This document shows positions 34,951-49,300 of a DNA stretch of 64,000 nt, one piece after another. The stretch is from Octopus sinensis. Taxonomy: Eukaryota. The stretch spans positions 176,576,001-176,640,000 of the forward strand of contig NC_042997.1 in NCBI RefSeq assembly GCF_006345805.1, in the 5' to 3' direction. Both the position numbers and the translations under genes were made by a program. Positions within the stretch are counted from its first letter, which is position 1, and every line of letters begins with the position of its first letter. The notes under the pieces were generated by a model. The model saw only the letters and a program-made list of their open reading frames with translations, searched no databases and was not told where the DNA came from.

Positions 34951-37653
34951 TGTTTATTGATACTACCATCTTCTAAGTTCATTTCATTCATTTTCTGAAC
35001 CAATGCTTCATTAGATCAAAAGTTCATTTCTCCAGATAACCTTGAAAAGATTCAGTTTGTAGAGATATATTGATTTAAAATTTTGGCACAAGGCCAGCAA
35101 TTTCGAGGAAGGGGATAAGTTGAGTACATTGACCCCAGTGTTCAGTTGGTATATATTTTATTGACCTCAAAAGAATGAAAGGCAAAATCGACCTTGCTAG
35201 AATTTGAACTCATAACTCAGACGGAATGGTGCTAAGCATTTTGCTCCGCCTGCTACCAATTCTGCTAGTTTGCTGCTTTATACTGCAATGTTTTTCTTTA
35301 GTAATTTGGTGGGACTGTATCACAATAAGCTTCATTTCCATACCATTATTAAAAATTATCTTCAAATCTGTTATAATTGATTGAAATTAGTGATATCATG
35401 AGATTTTTTTATGTGTAGATGTTTTTTGCAAGTCCACTAGTAATTGTAGATGACATGGTGCAGGGAAAGGTAACTGATACTTTCTAAATATTCTTTTCTT
35501 TTTACGAAATGCAGATTGCTGCTAAAAAAATTTCTTAGATTGACCATTCTTGATGAATGTTTCAGCAGCAAATGCAGTGTACCCTTGTCTAAACCATGAT
35601 GGTAGCTGAAAAGCAATGGTATTATCATTAGCTACATTAAGGCAATTACCACTTGTCTAACTTCTAGCATCACATTAATAGCCATGTAAAATTTGAGAGG
35701 TTTGGCTTTCCCTCATCCTCGCATAATCTGTCACTCAAAAAAGCAAAGGGAATACTTTTCTGTACTAAAAAGTTTGGTTAATACCAAATTTAAATGCAGA
35801 ATTGGTGCAAAACTTTTCTAACCATTTAGAATAAAAAGAAAACAACAGTTAAAAGATTGTTTTCTTAGCTAAAGCATATCTGTATTGATCTCAGATCATC
35901 AGCTAACTGTTAGCAATTTCATTTTATTAGTTTTGTTGTTAAACACTGCCATAACCTAGATATGTTTCATGATAAAGCCAACAGACGTCAGAATGTAAGT
36001 TTGTACTCTAGTAAGTGTAAATGTGATCTACTTTTTAAAGATGTATTCATTGACCTGAGGAGAAACAACTGTTCATATATTGCTTTTCATCAGTCTTGGT
36101 TATGTAATCTACAAACTTGTGGCCCATCCAGCATTGACCGTGAATGCTAAATGATGTTGTTTGTTTGTTTGTGTGTGTGTGTGTGTTTATATACACATAC
36201 ATGCTTACATGATAGATTCATTGCATTTAATCAATCATCTGAGAGCTTTCTCTCTATCAAACTAAATTCTGAAACCTTGGGAGACAATTCTGTTGCATTA
36301 AAACATAAATATTGATGACAGCTAGAGAAAGAAGCATTTCGATTGATGAGTGAAGGCTTAACATATGGCTTTAAGATGCTGTATGGAAGAGAATATTGTT
36401 TTCAAGATGATATAGTGAAGAAAATTTTAGACTAACACAGTACTTTAAACTTACTGAAAAAGAGCTGAAGGAAATGTCCACTAATGGCATTAAAAGTATC
36501 AGTAGTGAAAGGAGTTTGGTAAAGTTCAGAAATGAGGATTTTAATATTATAATGTAGTTCTGTTCAAATTGTTTAGCTTCCATATAAGAAAGCAAAACAT
36601 TAGGAAATATCAAACACCTGATATACAGCTTGTATCTGATGATCTGGTCAATCTTTGTATCATTGGTGAATGGAAAACTTGAGTGGCTGTGAGATTCCAT
36701 CTGCAAAGTTCTGAAGTTATTAATAAAACTTTGCAAAAAAATGTTATTTACCAATGAATTTACCTTTCAAAGTATAACCAGGCCCAGGTTGCAAGAGTTG
36801 CCAGAGTGTGTTATTTTGAGTGTACACCTAGTTGAACTCTTGTATGATAAGTGGTTGATGTTAGGAAGGATATACTGCTGTAGAAACCATACCAAAGCAG
36901 ACATTGGGACTTGATGCAGTCCTCAGGCTCATCTATTCATATTGAACTGCTCAACCCATGTCAGGATGAAAAAAATGAACATTATCTTTTACTTGTTTTT
37001 ATCATTAGACTGCAGCCATGGTGGAGCAATTCTTTGAAGAACTTTAGGCAAATAAATTGACCACTAGTACTTATTCTTTAAAGCCTGGTACTTGTTCTAT
37101 CAGTTTCTTTTGCTGAACCACTAAGTTATAGGAATGTAAGCACTAACACTGGTTATCAAGTGTTGTTGGGGGACAGATTTATATATTATGTCATCATTTA
37201 ATGTCCATCTTGGATGGTTTGACAGGAGCTGGTAAGCCAGAGAACTATGCCAAGCTCCACTGTCTGCTTTGGCATGGTTTTACAGCTGGATACCCTTCCT
37301 AATGCCAACCACTGTACAGAGTAGACTTGGTGCATTCCACATGGCACTGATGAGGTGCTATGTGAAAAGTAATTTGCAACACAAAAATCCCTTAATTGAG
37401 AGAGGGAGGTGGCTTTGTGTTAGGTAATGATAGATTGGAATATGACAAAAGGACAAAAACAAGTGTCTTATTGTAAAAGAGATACATGGTTACTTGAGTT
37501 AGAGGAAGAGAGAAGGAGATACATGACTAGTAAGAGATGGTGATGTGCCAGAGCATATTCTCGAGGTACAAGGATGTGAATATAAATGGACTGGTAGAGG
37601 AATGAGTTGGGGGGTTCATGAAAGTGCAAAAAAGAGAGGAGGGAATATATATA

Positions 37654-38848
37654 TTGGGTCATCCCATAAATAATGCAGTTTTTTTAATACTAATTTTATT
37701 TTTCAAAATTAAGATAAAGTTCTTTTTTAATCTAAAATATACTCTCTTTCATTTTCTACATTGCTCTTCCATTTATCTGGTAGACTTGCAAGGCTCCTTC
37801 CAAAATTCACTTGTCCATCACGAAAAATACTCCTCCAGTACTGTTCTGATGTTGTCTACAGAATTAATATTTTTCCCAGCCAAATGATTTTGAAGACTGG
37901 AATAAATAATAATCAAATGGTGAATATGGTAGGTGGGGCATCATTTCCCATTCAAACTGCTCCAGCTTTTAGAATGTCATCCTTGCTGTATGTGGGTGAA
38001 CATTATCCTGATGGAAGAATACCTTTGGTCTTGAAACCAAAGATGGTTGTTTTTCTTCTAGCAGCTGACTTAAGCTGCTCACAGATCTCCTTTGTTATCA
38101 TATGGTTTGGGTTTAAAAGTTCAAAGTGGATTAATCATTTCATATCCCACCAAACGCAGCAACACCTTACTTGGGCAAAGACCTTCTTTACCCTGGGATG
38201 CTGGTGTTTCGCCTTTCCTTACCCACTGTCTTTGGTGCTTGAGATTTTTATAGAGAACCCATTTCTCATCACCAGTCATGATTCAGTCCAAAAACAGTTC
38301 ATTTGTGAGACATGACAGCAAAAGAGAGCACACATTCACTCTCTGTACACGATTTGACTTGGGCAGTTTGTGAGGAACTCATTGACTCAATTTACTGACT
38401 TTTCCGATGGCACGCAGGTGTTGACGACTGGTTGAATGACCAAATCCAAGCTTCTCTGCTAGTTCCACCAAGGTTTGCAGGACATCCTCATCATACTCTA
38501 CAGATTTTCCAGGATGAGGCTCATCTTTTAGGCTGTAGTTTCCGTCTAGGAATTTCTGGAACCACCATTGACACCGGTTTACACTTATTGTCTGATCCCC
38601 ATATACTGCATTAATATTCCTCACACTTTCCATTGCATTGTTGCCTTTATTGAACTCAAAGCAAATTATGCCAAATATGCTCCTTTGTCACTTCCATTAT
38701 AGCTTTGAAAAAATAACTTTAAAATGAACTGCACTCTTCAAAACTTGCACTAAGAAATAAGGTAAAATTACTACCTGCTTGTATAGCAAGTTGATGCAAT
38801 TTTCATGCAATTGAAAAAAAAAACTGCATTATTTATGGGATGACTCAA
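37654..38848 (-). mobile_element. Full-span decayed mariner transposon
   Basis: TIRs TTGGGTCATCCCATAAATAATGCAGTT (37654) and AACTGCATTATTTATGGGATGACTCAA (to 38848), with TA on the left. HTH relic WFQKF.DGNYSLKDEPHPG and LRAIGKVSK in ORF 38379-38633; frameshifted. Confidence 0.9.
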
Positions 38849-39104
38849 TCTTATGAGTTTCTTGCAGTTTCTACCTATCAAATCCTCTCACAAGGCTTTG
38901 GTTAGCCCAAGGCTCTATTAGAAGATACTTGCCCTACATACCATGCAGTGGGACTGGACCCAGAACCATGTGACTGAGAGAAATAAAACCATAAAATACA
39001 AAAAGAAGGAATTTTAGTAAATGTGTAAAATGTTAGATCAATATAAGACCCTGGGCAGTTTTTGTATTCCCTACTGATGAATTTTTGGTTAAAAAATTGT
39101 CATC

Positions 39105-39430
39105 ATCATCGTTGTCCTTCTTAACACCAACCACTCTGTGAGTGTAGTGGGTGCTTTTTATGTGCCACCGGCACAGGGGCTAGAGGAAGCTGGCAACGGC
39201 CACAATCGGTTGGTGCTTTTTATGTTCCACTGGCACAGACGCCAGTCAAGGCGGCACTGGCATCAGCCACATTTGGATGGTGCTTTTTATGTGCCACTGG
39301 CACGAGTATCACAACTGCAATTTCCATTTAATTTTTATTTTGATGTTGATGTACTTGACTCAATAGGTCTCCTCAAGCACAGCAGGTTGCAGGGAGCCAT
39401 GAACTCCATTTGTTGGGTCTTCGCAAGGTC
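39105..39430 (-). mobile_element. RTE 3' fragment with about two of the ~61-bp UTR units
   Basis: gtgtagtgggtgctttttatgtgccaccggcac... units followed by a relic AVLEET C-terminus on the minus strand. Confidence 0.75.
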
Positions 39431-41108
39431 AAAACTCAACCAGAAAGAACATTGAACAGTGTCTACTTTCTTTAGGCAACCTGTGTTCAAAGCAATTCAT
39501 GTTAGGATCTGGGTCTGAAGAAACTCATAAGCTTGAAGAAGTAGTTGTAAAGATTAGGACAAATTTCATGAGATTGTTGGATTTCTGTGTAAAAATATCT
39601 AAACAATTGTTTTAGACTTTTAAATTTTAATGGCAAATGCTCATCACTTAATGATAATTGTTATTGAGTCTAAGGAAAATATGTTCTAAAAATAAAGCAA
39701 TATCTCTGAGGTAGTTCTGAAAAGCATACAAGCTCTCCCACTCCCAATACTTGAATATTTTAAATAATTGATAATAATATGCATAATAATATGATGCATT
39801 TACTGGAAATGGTGAAAATATCTTTTCACACACCATAAAGAAAAATAGTAAAACACTGAATTAATAAAAAAAACCCAAACAAAATGCTAACATTGTAGAA
39901 AGTAGTCTTACAGTATATTTCCAATTTTAAAATGTATTTCATAAATACGCTGGCTTTATTTATAAATTGGTGTATATAGCTGGATGCCTTTCCTTAAAGC
40001 AATCTCTGAATTTATGGGGACAGAATTTTTATATTAGGTTGTTGTGAAAATAATGGCCAATTTCAGAAACCTAATTTTATTCTGGAAAAATTAACAATAG
40101 AAATGTTTTGATTAGTCAAAGTATGAGCCGTGAACATCTATGCATCTCTGCCATCAATCAATGAAATTATTTATGCCTTGTTGATAAAAATTGTTGAAGA
40201 GAAAAATGATGAATACATTTTTGCTCCACAGAAGGTTACAGTGAGGTCATTACAACCTGCTTGAGATAAATCTCTCTTGAATTACGCTACAATAAGGAGA
40301 AGACACATTAGACAATGTAGTGCTACAAACTTTTGAAAATGACAGAAATCAGGGTTCACTTAGTGCTAAACAACAATGACAGCTGGCCAATATAGAGAAG
40401 TATAATTTTGAATGTAATTAGGGAATCAACTCTACCTTACCTCTGTTGGCTTTGTGCCTGATTAAAAGGAGGAAATATATTGAATGCTTTTTTTTTTTTT
40501 GTTGCAAAAAACTTGTTTTGCTAAATATAAATTGTTTTTAATCTGCTTAGTCAAATGACCATTAGAAAATAATTTTTGAGTTAATTAGTAAAATATATAT
40601 TTTTATATTTGAATTTATAAAATACATTTTTATTGTTTGGTTATTATATTTGTTTTAGAACAACTTTTGTTTTCTATTTTATTTTATAATGATTTATCTT
40701 TATTTAATGTAGTAAACAGGAAAGTAATTAGCAGATGGAAAAACAACATGGGGTAGAGAAGACCTTTTGGTCTTGTTGGAAACAAAAGTGCTGATGTCAA
40801 TGAAATGCATCCATTTACACTCTGTAAAGTAAATTAAGTGATAGATAGAAAAGGCACTCAACCATTAAAACCATGTCAAAAAAATGGAATATGCAAGCAA
40901 GATGGAGATCTGTGATGACCCATCCAATCCTTAACCAGCTTGGGAAGCAGATGTAAAATGATGATGATGACAAAGTTTTGTCTTCAGTATATTTCTAATT
41001 TTAAAATGTATTTCATAAATACGGTGGCTTTATTTTATAAATTGGTGTATATAGCTGGATGCCTTTCTTTAAAGCAATCTCTTTGAATTTATGGGGACAA
41101 TTTTTATA

Positions 41109-42362
41109 TTAAGTTGTTCTGAAAATAATGGCCAATTTCAGAAACAATTTTATTCTGGAAAAATTAACACTAGAAATGTTTTGATTACTCAAAGTATGAG
41201 CCGTGAACATCTATGCATCTCTGCCATCAATCAATGAGATTATTTATGTCTTGTTGATAAAAATTTATTGGCTTTGATGCTAAGAAATCTTTGAAAGCTG
41301 ATTTCACCTCTGGTTTGGACCTGAAAGTTTTATCACTTAAAAACTTGTTTGAATGCTTAAAAAAATGGTAGTCAGTGGGTGAAAGATCAGGAGAATATGG
41401 AGGATGTGTCTTGTATCCCAAGTCTGTGAGTTTCTGCAACGTCATTCTGGCAACATGTGACTTTGCATTTTCGTGGAGCAGAATTGGGCCATACTGATTC
41501 ACCATTGCATTTTTTTAAAGTGAGCATGCATTTCAGCAGATTGCAATAAAACTCTGTTGTAATGCTCTGATTGGCTTCCAGAAAACTGTAATGGACAACA
41601 CCAATTGCAGACCACCAGACAGTTACCATAATCTTTTGCTGATGCAACTTTGGCTTTGGGAAATGCTTAGGGGGACTCATTACAGTCAACCCATTGAAAT
41701 GATTGTTTGTGGTTATCATAAAGGATCCACTTTTCATCGCAAGTGACTATTCGGTCAAGAATAGGATCATTGGTGTTTCGGAGAGAGAGCATCAAGCACA
41801 TTTCAAAACGCGGAACTTTATTTTCATTGAGCTCATGTGGTACCCATTTATCAAGCTTTTTCACCTTACCAATCTTCTGCAGATTGCATGAGACCGTTGC
41901 AATACCGATACCAAGTGCCTGAGACATTTCTCTGACACACTTTGATGTGGGTTTGGTTCAACAATTGCTTTCAATTGTTCATTGTCAAGACTGCATGACC
42001 ATCCTATATCTTCTTCATCTTCAAGGCTCTCATCACAACTTTGGAATTTCTGAAACCACCTTTATACTGTGCGATCACTTGTGGATCCCTCTCCCTATGC
42101 TCTGGCAGCAGTTTTGGAAGCATTGTGCACAAGCTTGAACTCATGCAAGAAAATAAGCGAAGGTCCTTATTTGCCATGTTCATAATTAAGGGCGCTTATG
42201 CTTCAAGTATGTTTTCTGTTTGAAATAAGTAGAAAATTGTTGAAGAGCATACATCAATTATTAAGTATGTTGAAATTCACCTAAAATATAATTAAAATAC
42301 TATGATAAAATTGTGTTTCAAACACAATACTTACAGCAGCCATTATTTTCAGAACAATCTAA
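41109..42362 (-). mobile_element. Full-span decayed mariner transposon (Hsmar/SETMAR-like transposase)
   Basis: TA|TTAAGTTGTTCTGAAAATAATGGC ... GCCATTATTTTCAGAACAATCTAA|TA. Peptides WVPHEL, IVTCDEKWILYDN, KIMVTVWW and HPPYSPDLSPTDYHFF lie in three frames. Confidence 0.93.
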
Positions 42363-43560
42363 TAATAAAACAGTTCTGTCATTTAAAGTCATTATATGAA
42401 CCTAGCACCCAGTACTCTAACTTGCAGACAAAACGTATTAGTGTGGCTACTGTTTTCAAATCTTTTTGTGGCATGCAATTTTTTTGTCCTGTAAAAAAAG
42501 CAAGCAACCATTCCTTTGTTTTAGTCAGTAATTCTAATATTTGGCAATTGGTTTCATCTCTACTGAACCAATTTAATTCATTTAGGATTTTGCCTGGATT
42601 ACATATTTTACACTAACTGCATGTTTTAAAATTAATTTTATTTGAATTGAAACACACTGCTACTGCATATGCAGAATTAAATGCTATACAAACCTTTTGT
42701 GGGTGTTAATATTGTGGTATTGTAGTTTTCAAATAAAACACAGAAAACATATCTCTCTCACTCTCTCTCTCTCTATATATATATAACAATTTATGGAATA
42801 CACTCAAAGATAACTAGTATTTCAAACAAAAGAACTGTAACACTTATTGATAAAGTTTTGCCGATTAATTGAGTTTATGTTTTAATTCAGGAAATGTTTT
42901 TCACTGTGTATACAAAGCTTTGAGAAACAACATAAATTTTTTCAAGTTAAAATAAGAGAGAATTTTATAGTGACCATTATTGAGTTACATTCAGTGTGTT
43001 CAACCTGTGGGCAATAAAAACAGGACTATTTTATTCCAAGATCATCATTTCTTACTATAATAGTGTTTAGTAAATTCATTGAGAGGAATTTCATCATGAA
43101 GTAATTATATCGTGAGCTCATGCAAGTACATCATCAGGTGTTTTGTCTGCAGAGTGAATGAATCTCTTGACCTTAAAGCTTTTATTCACAGGGAAAATAA
43201 GTTACATTTCATAAGCAATAGAAAAAGTCATTCAAAGATTAAAACTGGTCCAATTTATTCAATATAACCTCATTTAACAATCTGCTTGTCCATGCCTGCA
43301 TGAGTTAGAATTTGTTGAGGCAAATTTTGTATGGTTGGATGCTCTTCCTGTCACCAACCATCATGTTTCCAAGCAGAGTAATATTTTCCATGGCCAGACA
43401 TGTTTTCTGCAGAAGATTGGAAACAAACATCATTGTTAGTGTGACAGTGATGTTCACTTAAAACTATCCACTGATGGCAATACAAGAGTATACACACACA
43501 CATACATGGCAGGCTTTTTTTTCAGTTTCTGCCTACCAAGTCTACTAAATAAGACTTTAA

Positions 43561-43780
43561 CCTTTTAGCATTCAGATTACTTTGCCAAATGCAATGCTTA
43601 TTCATTCATGTTGTTTTGAATTGATTATGCACTATCTCATAGTTTTGGGACTTTGATGATGTGATTATTTATTTTTAAAATGACATTGTAGGATACCTGT
43701 GAGAAGCCAGATCTGGCTGATTTGAAGATAAAACAGGTAAAATATTTTGGCTGGATATTGCTGGTTTGAATGCTAAAGGG
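43561..43780. mobile_element. piggyBac-type MITE
   Basis: TTAA|CCTTTTAGCATTCA ... TGAATGCTAAAGGG|TTAA. Confidence 0.85.
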
Positions 43781-43894
43781 TTAATCAGTCTAGGGCTACA
43801 ATGTGCCACAAGGTGGGACTGAATGGTGAACCATGTGATTAGGAAGCAAGCTTTTAAGCCACATAACTATGCCTGCATTTATACATTAAAAATG

Positions 43895-45420
43895 TCAGTT
43901 CATCATCATCATCATTATTCAGTGTCTTGTTTTCATGCTGGCATGGGTCAGATGGTTTGGCAGGAGCTGGCAAGGCTGGGAGTCACAGTATGTTCCATTG
44001 TCTGCTTTGGCATTGTTTCTACAGCTGGATGTCCTTCCTAATACCAACCACTTTACAGAGTGTACTCGGTGCTTTTTATGTGGCTCAGCACCAGTGTTTC
44101 TTAAGTGGCACCATCACCAGTGTTTTTTAATGTGGCACCATCACTACAGCTTTTTATGTAGCATCAGTACCAACTGGGCATTGAGGGTGATAGCAGGAAG
44201 CAAGGTGTTGATGATAGAGGGCAGTACAGGGAGGTGAGAGAAGGCACTCAAAGGAGGTGATTATTGGAGACAGGAGGTGGGGGTAGCAAGGTAACTGGAT
44301 AGGGAGGTAGAAGTAACTGAAAAAAACCAGGGGATGTAGTATGTGCCTATTATGCTTTCAGATAAAGTGATGGGTGTTAGATGATGAAATGTGGGAGAGG
44401 GAGATGGTTGACAGGTGGTTTTAGGATATCAGTTTTGTTGTGGTGGACAGGTCTTGACAAAGCACCAGATATCTTGCTCCTTTGTAAAGCACAGTGTCTT
44501 GAGATTGGCTTTCAGTACTTCAACCCATATCTTTCTGGGTCTCCCTTTTCCATGAGTTCCATCCACTTCAAGATTGACGCTTTATGCAGTTGTCCACATC
44601 CATACGCATTACATGACTAAACCATTGCATTCTTGTCTTGCACACTGCATCTAATTCTACTTATGCCTAACTTCCCTCTCAATACTCTAGCACTCTTTTG
44701 CACATGTATACTGACATTGCACATCCAGCAGAGCATACCAGCTTCATGCCTCTCTAATGTTTGCATGTCCTCTGCATTCAGAGCCCACATCTCATTACCA
44801 TGTAGCATTGCTGTTCATACATACACATCATGCAATCTTCCTTTTACTCTCAGGGAGAGAGAGACCTTTGGTTGCCAACTGAGGTAAAATCTCTCTTCAA
44901 ATTTTTCCATCCTATTCTTAATCTAGCAATAACACTTTGAGAGTAGAGTCTTGTCCGATTTCTTGCTTACTAGGACCTTAGTCTTTGCTAAGTTAACTTT
45001 AAGGCCATTTGATTCCAGGTTTTTTTCCACACCAGGAATTTCTTTTCTAATTCTATTACAGAATCTGGTATGAGAACAAGATCATCAGCATATAATAGTT
45101 CTCTTGGACTTCCAGTTTTAAAATTCCTGTTATGGTCTGAAGGTTGATGAATAAGCAGGGTGTTGAGGATTGTGCCTTGGTGAACACTTACCTGTGCATT
45201 AAATTCATCAATATACTCATGGCAAATTCTTACCTTACTAACAGCACCCCTGTGCATGGCCTGTTCTGCTTTCACAAGCCTTTCATTTTCCTTTTCTTCA
45301 GAGACCACCATGTCAAAGGCTTTCTCCAGATCAACAAATACCATGTACAATGGCTTATTTTTAGCTAAATACTTCTTGTAAATAATGTAAAAGTATTTTG
45401 TTTGAAGGAAAAGAAGAAAC
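43895..45420 (-). mobile_element. Older, internally deleted RTE LINE copy
   Basis: Relic FVDLEKAFD, GSPRELLYADDLVL and LHGNEMWALNAEDM; (CAT)n end at ~43900. The segment between VLVSKK and the RIGW motif is missing. Confidence 0.85.
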
Positions 45421-45859
45421 ATTCTAAAAATCCTTATGAACAGTGCATCTTAAATGATCTAATATTTCATGATTTTGAAATTCATGATATATTGAACTTT
45501 CATCACTGCACTTCCCACAACACAATTTTTGTGTTGTAGAAAAATCTGCACTAGTGATGTATTGTTTCTTTTTCAAGATTTCTAAGAATTTCCAAATCAT
45601 AGGATGGAATTTTTTTTGTCTTTGAATTGTTCTCATTGTTAATGAAATACCATGTATTCACTTAGTGAATAAAAAGCACTATGAATTTACTTATGATGTA
45701 TTGTCTTATCTGACAGTGATGGATGTATCTACAGCAAACTTTATATTAGAGCATGATATTGAAACTAATAGAAGTTATCCGTACTGGAGATTTTCTGTCA
45801 TTTAGTTTGTTGCTTCTCTAGTTTTTAGTTCACATGCTGTCTTGTCATTGGCCATACTC

Positions 45860-46068
45860 ATCATCATCATCATCGTCGTTTAACGTCCGTTCTCCATGCT
45901 AGCATGGGTTGGACGGTTCGACCGGGGTTCTGGGAAGCCAGAAGGCTGCGCCAGGCTCCAGTCTAATTTGGCAATGTTTCTACAGCTGGATGCCCTTCCT
46001 AACGCCAACCACTCCGTGAATGTAGTGGGTGCTTTTTACGTGCCACCTGCACAGGTGCCAGGCGGGGC
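45860..46068 (-). mobile_element. RTE extreme 3' fragment
   Basis: (CAT)n gtttaacgtccgttctccatgctagcatgggttggacgg... Confidence 0.88.
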
Positions 46069-46106
46069 AATTGAAAAAATAAAATGAGCTAAAAGAAATG
46101 ATTTAA

Positions 46107-46326
46107 CCCTTTATTGTTTAAACCGGCCATACCCGGCCAAAATATTCTACCTATTTTATGTTCAAACTAGTCAGATATGGTCATTCATAGCTACCTTATT
46201 GTGTCATTTTAAAAATAAACAATCACATCATTGAAATCTCAAAGCTATGAAATGATGCAAGATTAATTTTACATGGTGTGAATACATAAGCTTTACATTT
46301 GACAGAATAATCTGAATGCTAAAGGG
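46107..46326. mobile_element. piggyBac-type MITE
   Basis: TTAA|CCCTTTA ... TGAATGCTAAAGGG|TTAA; interior matches 15485-15907. Confidence 0.85.
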
Positions 46327-49300
46327 TTAAATAACTGATTGACCTGATCCTGGATAAGTTAAGGGTTGATGTAATGAATGCCAAGCTGAAGAGATTTTTA
46401 ATTCAAATTTTGTTTTTAGTTGGTGAAAGAAAAAGGTGAACAAAAAAAATCTAACACCAATTATTAAGGACTTTTAAAAGGGAAGCTAGTTTCAAGAAAT
46501 TGAGAATTTCTCTCTCATTTAATGCTAGGTTTGAATACTAATGGAAAAGTCTGATTTTTGTATGCAGTGAGGATAGTAGCTGACAGCTATTTATACTATA
46601 CATAAATTCAGAAGTAAATTTACTTGATCTAATTTGCATAACAGTACAATCATTAGCAATGAGTATTAATTAATAGGAGCACAACATGGTGCTGGGGTAA
46701 ATAGAGATGTGTGATAGACTTACACTGTATTATAATTGTGCTCCTATAATTGATACACTGCCAATGATTGCACTATTATGTGAAAGAACTAAACTGGTCT
46801 GCCCAAATTTGTAAATTATGGCAGACTAATTTAAGTTTATTCCAGTTTGTGTGTATCATAAATAGCTAGAAGCTACTATTCTCCCTGTAGTTAGGAAAAT
46901 GATTAACAGACCTGGTGATATAGTAAAACACTGAAACCTGTCAGAGAAAAATGGTTTATTAAAGCATATTATCACAAGTTTATCTTAAATCCCTATTAAA
47001 GTAACATTATCCTTAGAGAAACTAGTCTTGTACATGAAGTAATCAATATGTTGAATTAATTTCTTAGTTTTGTGAATTAAGTTGAATTTGCTTTGATATG
47101 CTTATCTGCATAGGCAAGAGCTCAATCTCTTGGGTCATTCGCAAAGTATATGCTTCACTTAAAGCTTTCTTGTTTTATGAGCAATTTTCATAGTTCATAG
47201 ATTGTGACTTGTTTCTTAAGTGAAATTATGTAGTTTTCTATGTTAATATGAAATAATATATATTGATGTGATATGCTCTAACAAAAATATTTTATAATAT
47301 AGTATAGTATAGGAAGGACAACATCTGAGACAAGTCCTCTACCATAGCCTTGAGTAAACCAAAGTTTTGCAAGTGAATTTATCTAGACAGAAACTATGTA
47401 GAAGCCTGTCTGATGAATAATATTTGTTCTTAATCCTACAATCATTTTAATACTATCACCTGACCCTTGAGTGTCCACTAATAGTAAGATCCATGTGCAC
47501 TAACAGTAAGAAGCTAGCTAATTTTTTTCTTGTATTCATTGCATATCCTTCATATTCAATACCCTTGTTTTACTACTATGCTGTATCTTATATTGTACAT
47601 GAGCATCATGAAATCTGCCCTTTAATCAAAGAAGAAAGTTATTTGTTGCTAACAAGTAATATTTCGCTGTCCTTACTCTGTGCAGCATCCATCTCCACTG
47701 TTGAGATAAAAAGCTGTCAACTATTTCTAGTGAGCCTTCTGGGCAGTTGAAAGAATTCATGGGTGCTGTTACTACTAATTACTTCTATGTATCTGCCCTA
47801 TATGAAGTCTGTTTCTGCCAGCCTGCCTGTGATCCTACTGCATCTTTTATTCATCTTTAAGTTACATTTGCTACACAGTATAGAATTCCTACTGGTTCCT
47901 TTTCTGTGCATTGAGCATATCCAATCTCTGTATTCTTTCTTGCTTACTGAAACTTTTGTCTTTGCTAGGTTTACTTTTAGGTTTTTTAATTTTAGTTCTA
48001 TTGTTCAAACTTTTTGTCTAATTCTTCAACTGATTCAACAAGATGAACTAAATTGTCAGCACACAGGAAATCCCATGGACAATTGGTCTTGAACTTTTAA
48101 AATTCCTCTGTTATGGTCTGGAGGTTGATGAATAAGGGAGTGCTGAGGACTGTGCCTTGGTGAACACTTACATGTGCATTAAATTTATCAATATACTCAT
48201 GGCAAACTCTTACCTTACTAACAACACCCCTGTGCATGGCCTGGAGTAAGCTCAGAACTGTACTCTGATGGACATTTATCTGCACACTAAATGCCTCATT
48301 GAACTTGTAACTCTCACCTTGCTAACAACACTCTAATATGTGGCTTACTCCCAGAAGTCATTCATCTGCATTCAATTTTTTATATCAAATCTCTCTCTCT
48401 CTCTCTGAAAGGCTTCACTGGGTTAAAGAGTGCTAGGTATAGTAGCTTGTTTTTGGCTATGAAATTCTCTTATAACTGCCTTTATATGAAAAGGGCATCA
48501 ATGGTTTTCCATCCTGGCATAAACCCAAACTGTATCTCACCTAAGCAAGTTATCCTAATTATTTGTGCAAATTAGTTGCTCCTTTCTGGAGCATACTTTT
48601 GTAACAATTGATGCTACTGCTGTGTTGCCAGACAATTTTAATAGTTGTTTCTTTGTTGGGTTATTTACACTGACCTATTGCTTCATAGTCTTGGACACTT
48701 CTCATTTTTGATTCTTACAATGCAGAAGGGTATACTTGTCATCTCGCTACCTGGTATTGTTCTTTGATAAACACTATTACATCTCACAACTTCTCCAACC
48801 TTAAAGACCATAGAATAAACCAATTTCTTATGTAGTAGAAAGGGCTGGAGCTCTTTCTGTAATAGTATTTATGGTTATGATGAGGTTACAAAGAATGAAG
48901 GCGTATCAAGTTTCTTGGAATTCGGTGACAGATTCAGAGTATGGCTCCATTTTCTTCCTTATCTAATAAATGTTGCCTAGTATTGTATTCATTTGCATTT
49001 ACACACAAGAGAGATTTTTCAGCTCTATACCTTCCTTTTTTTTTCTATTTTATTTTTGAGATTCTTTAGCACTTATCCTGAAGTCACTAATCATAAGTCA
49101 GTACTGAAGGGTACATTCTTTATGTTTAGTGTTCATAATCTGTTGTTTATCTGACTTGCATATTCACCGGAGTGGTTGGTGATCAAGTGGTTGTCCATTT
49201 AAAAAAAAATTAAAATTGCTACAGATGATTAGGCCATACTGTATTGCACAATTCAAGGAAACTTGACTTCCCTCTATTCTTTGCATCTTGTCTATAGTTA

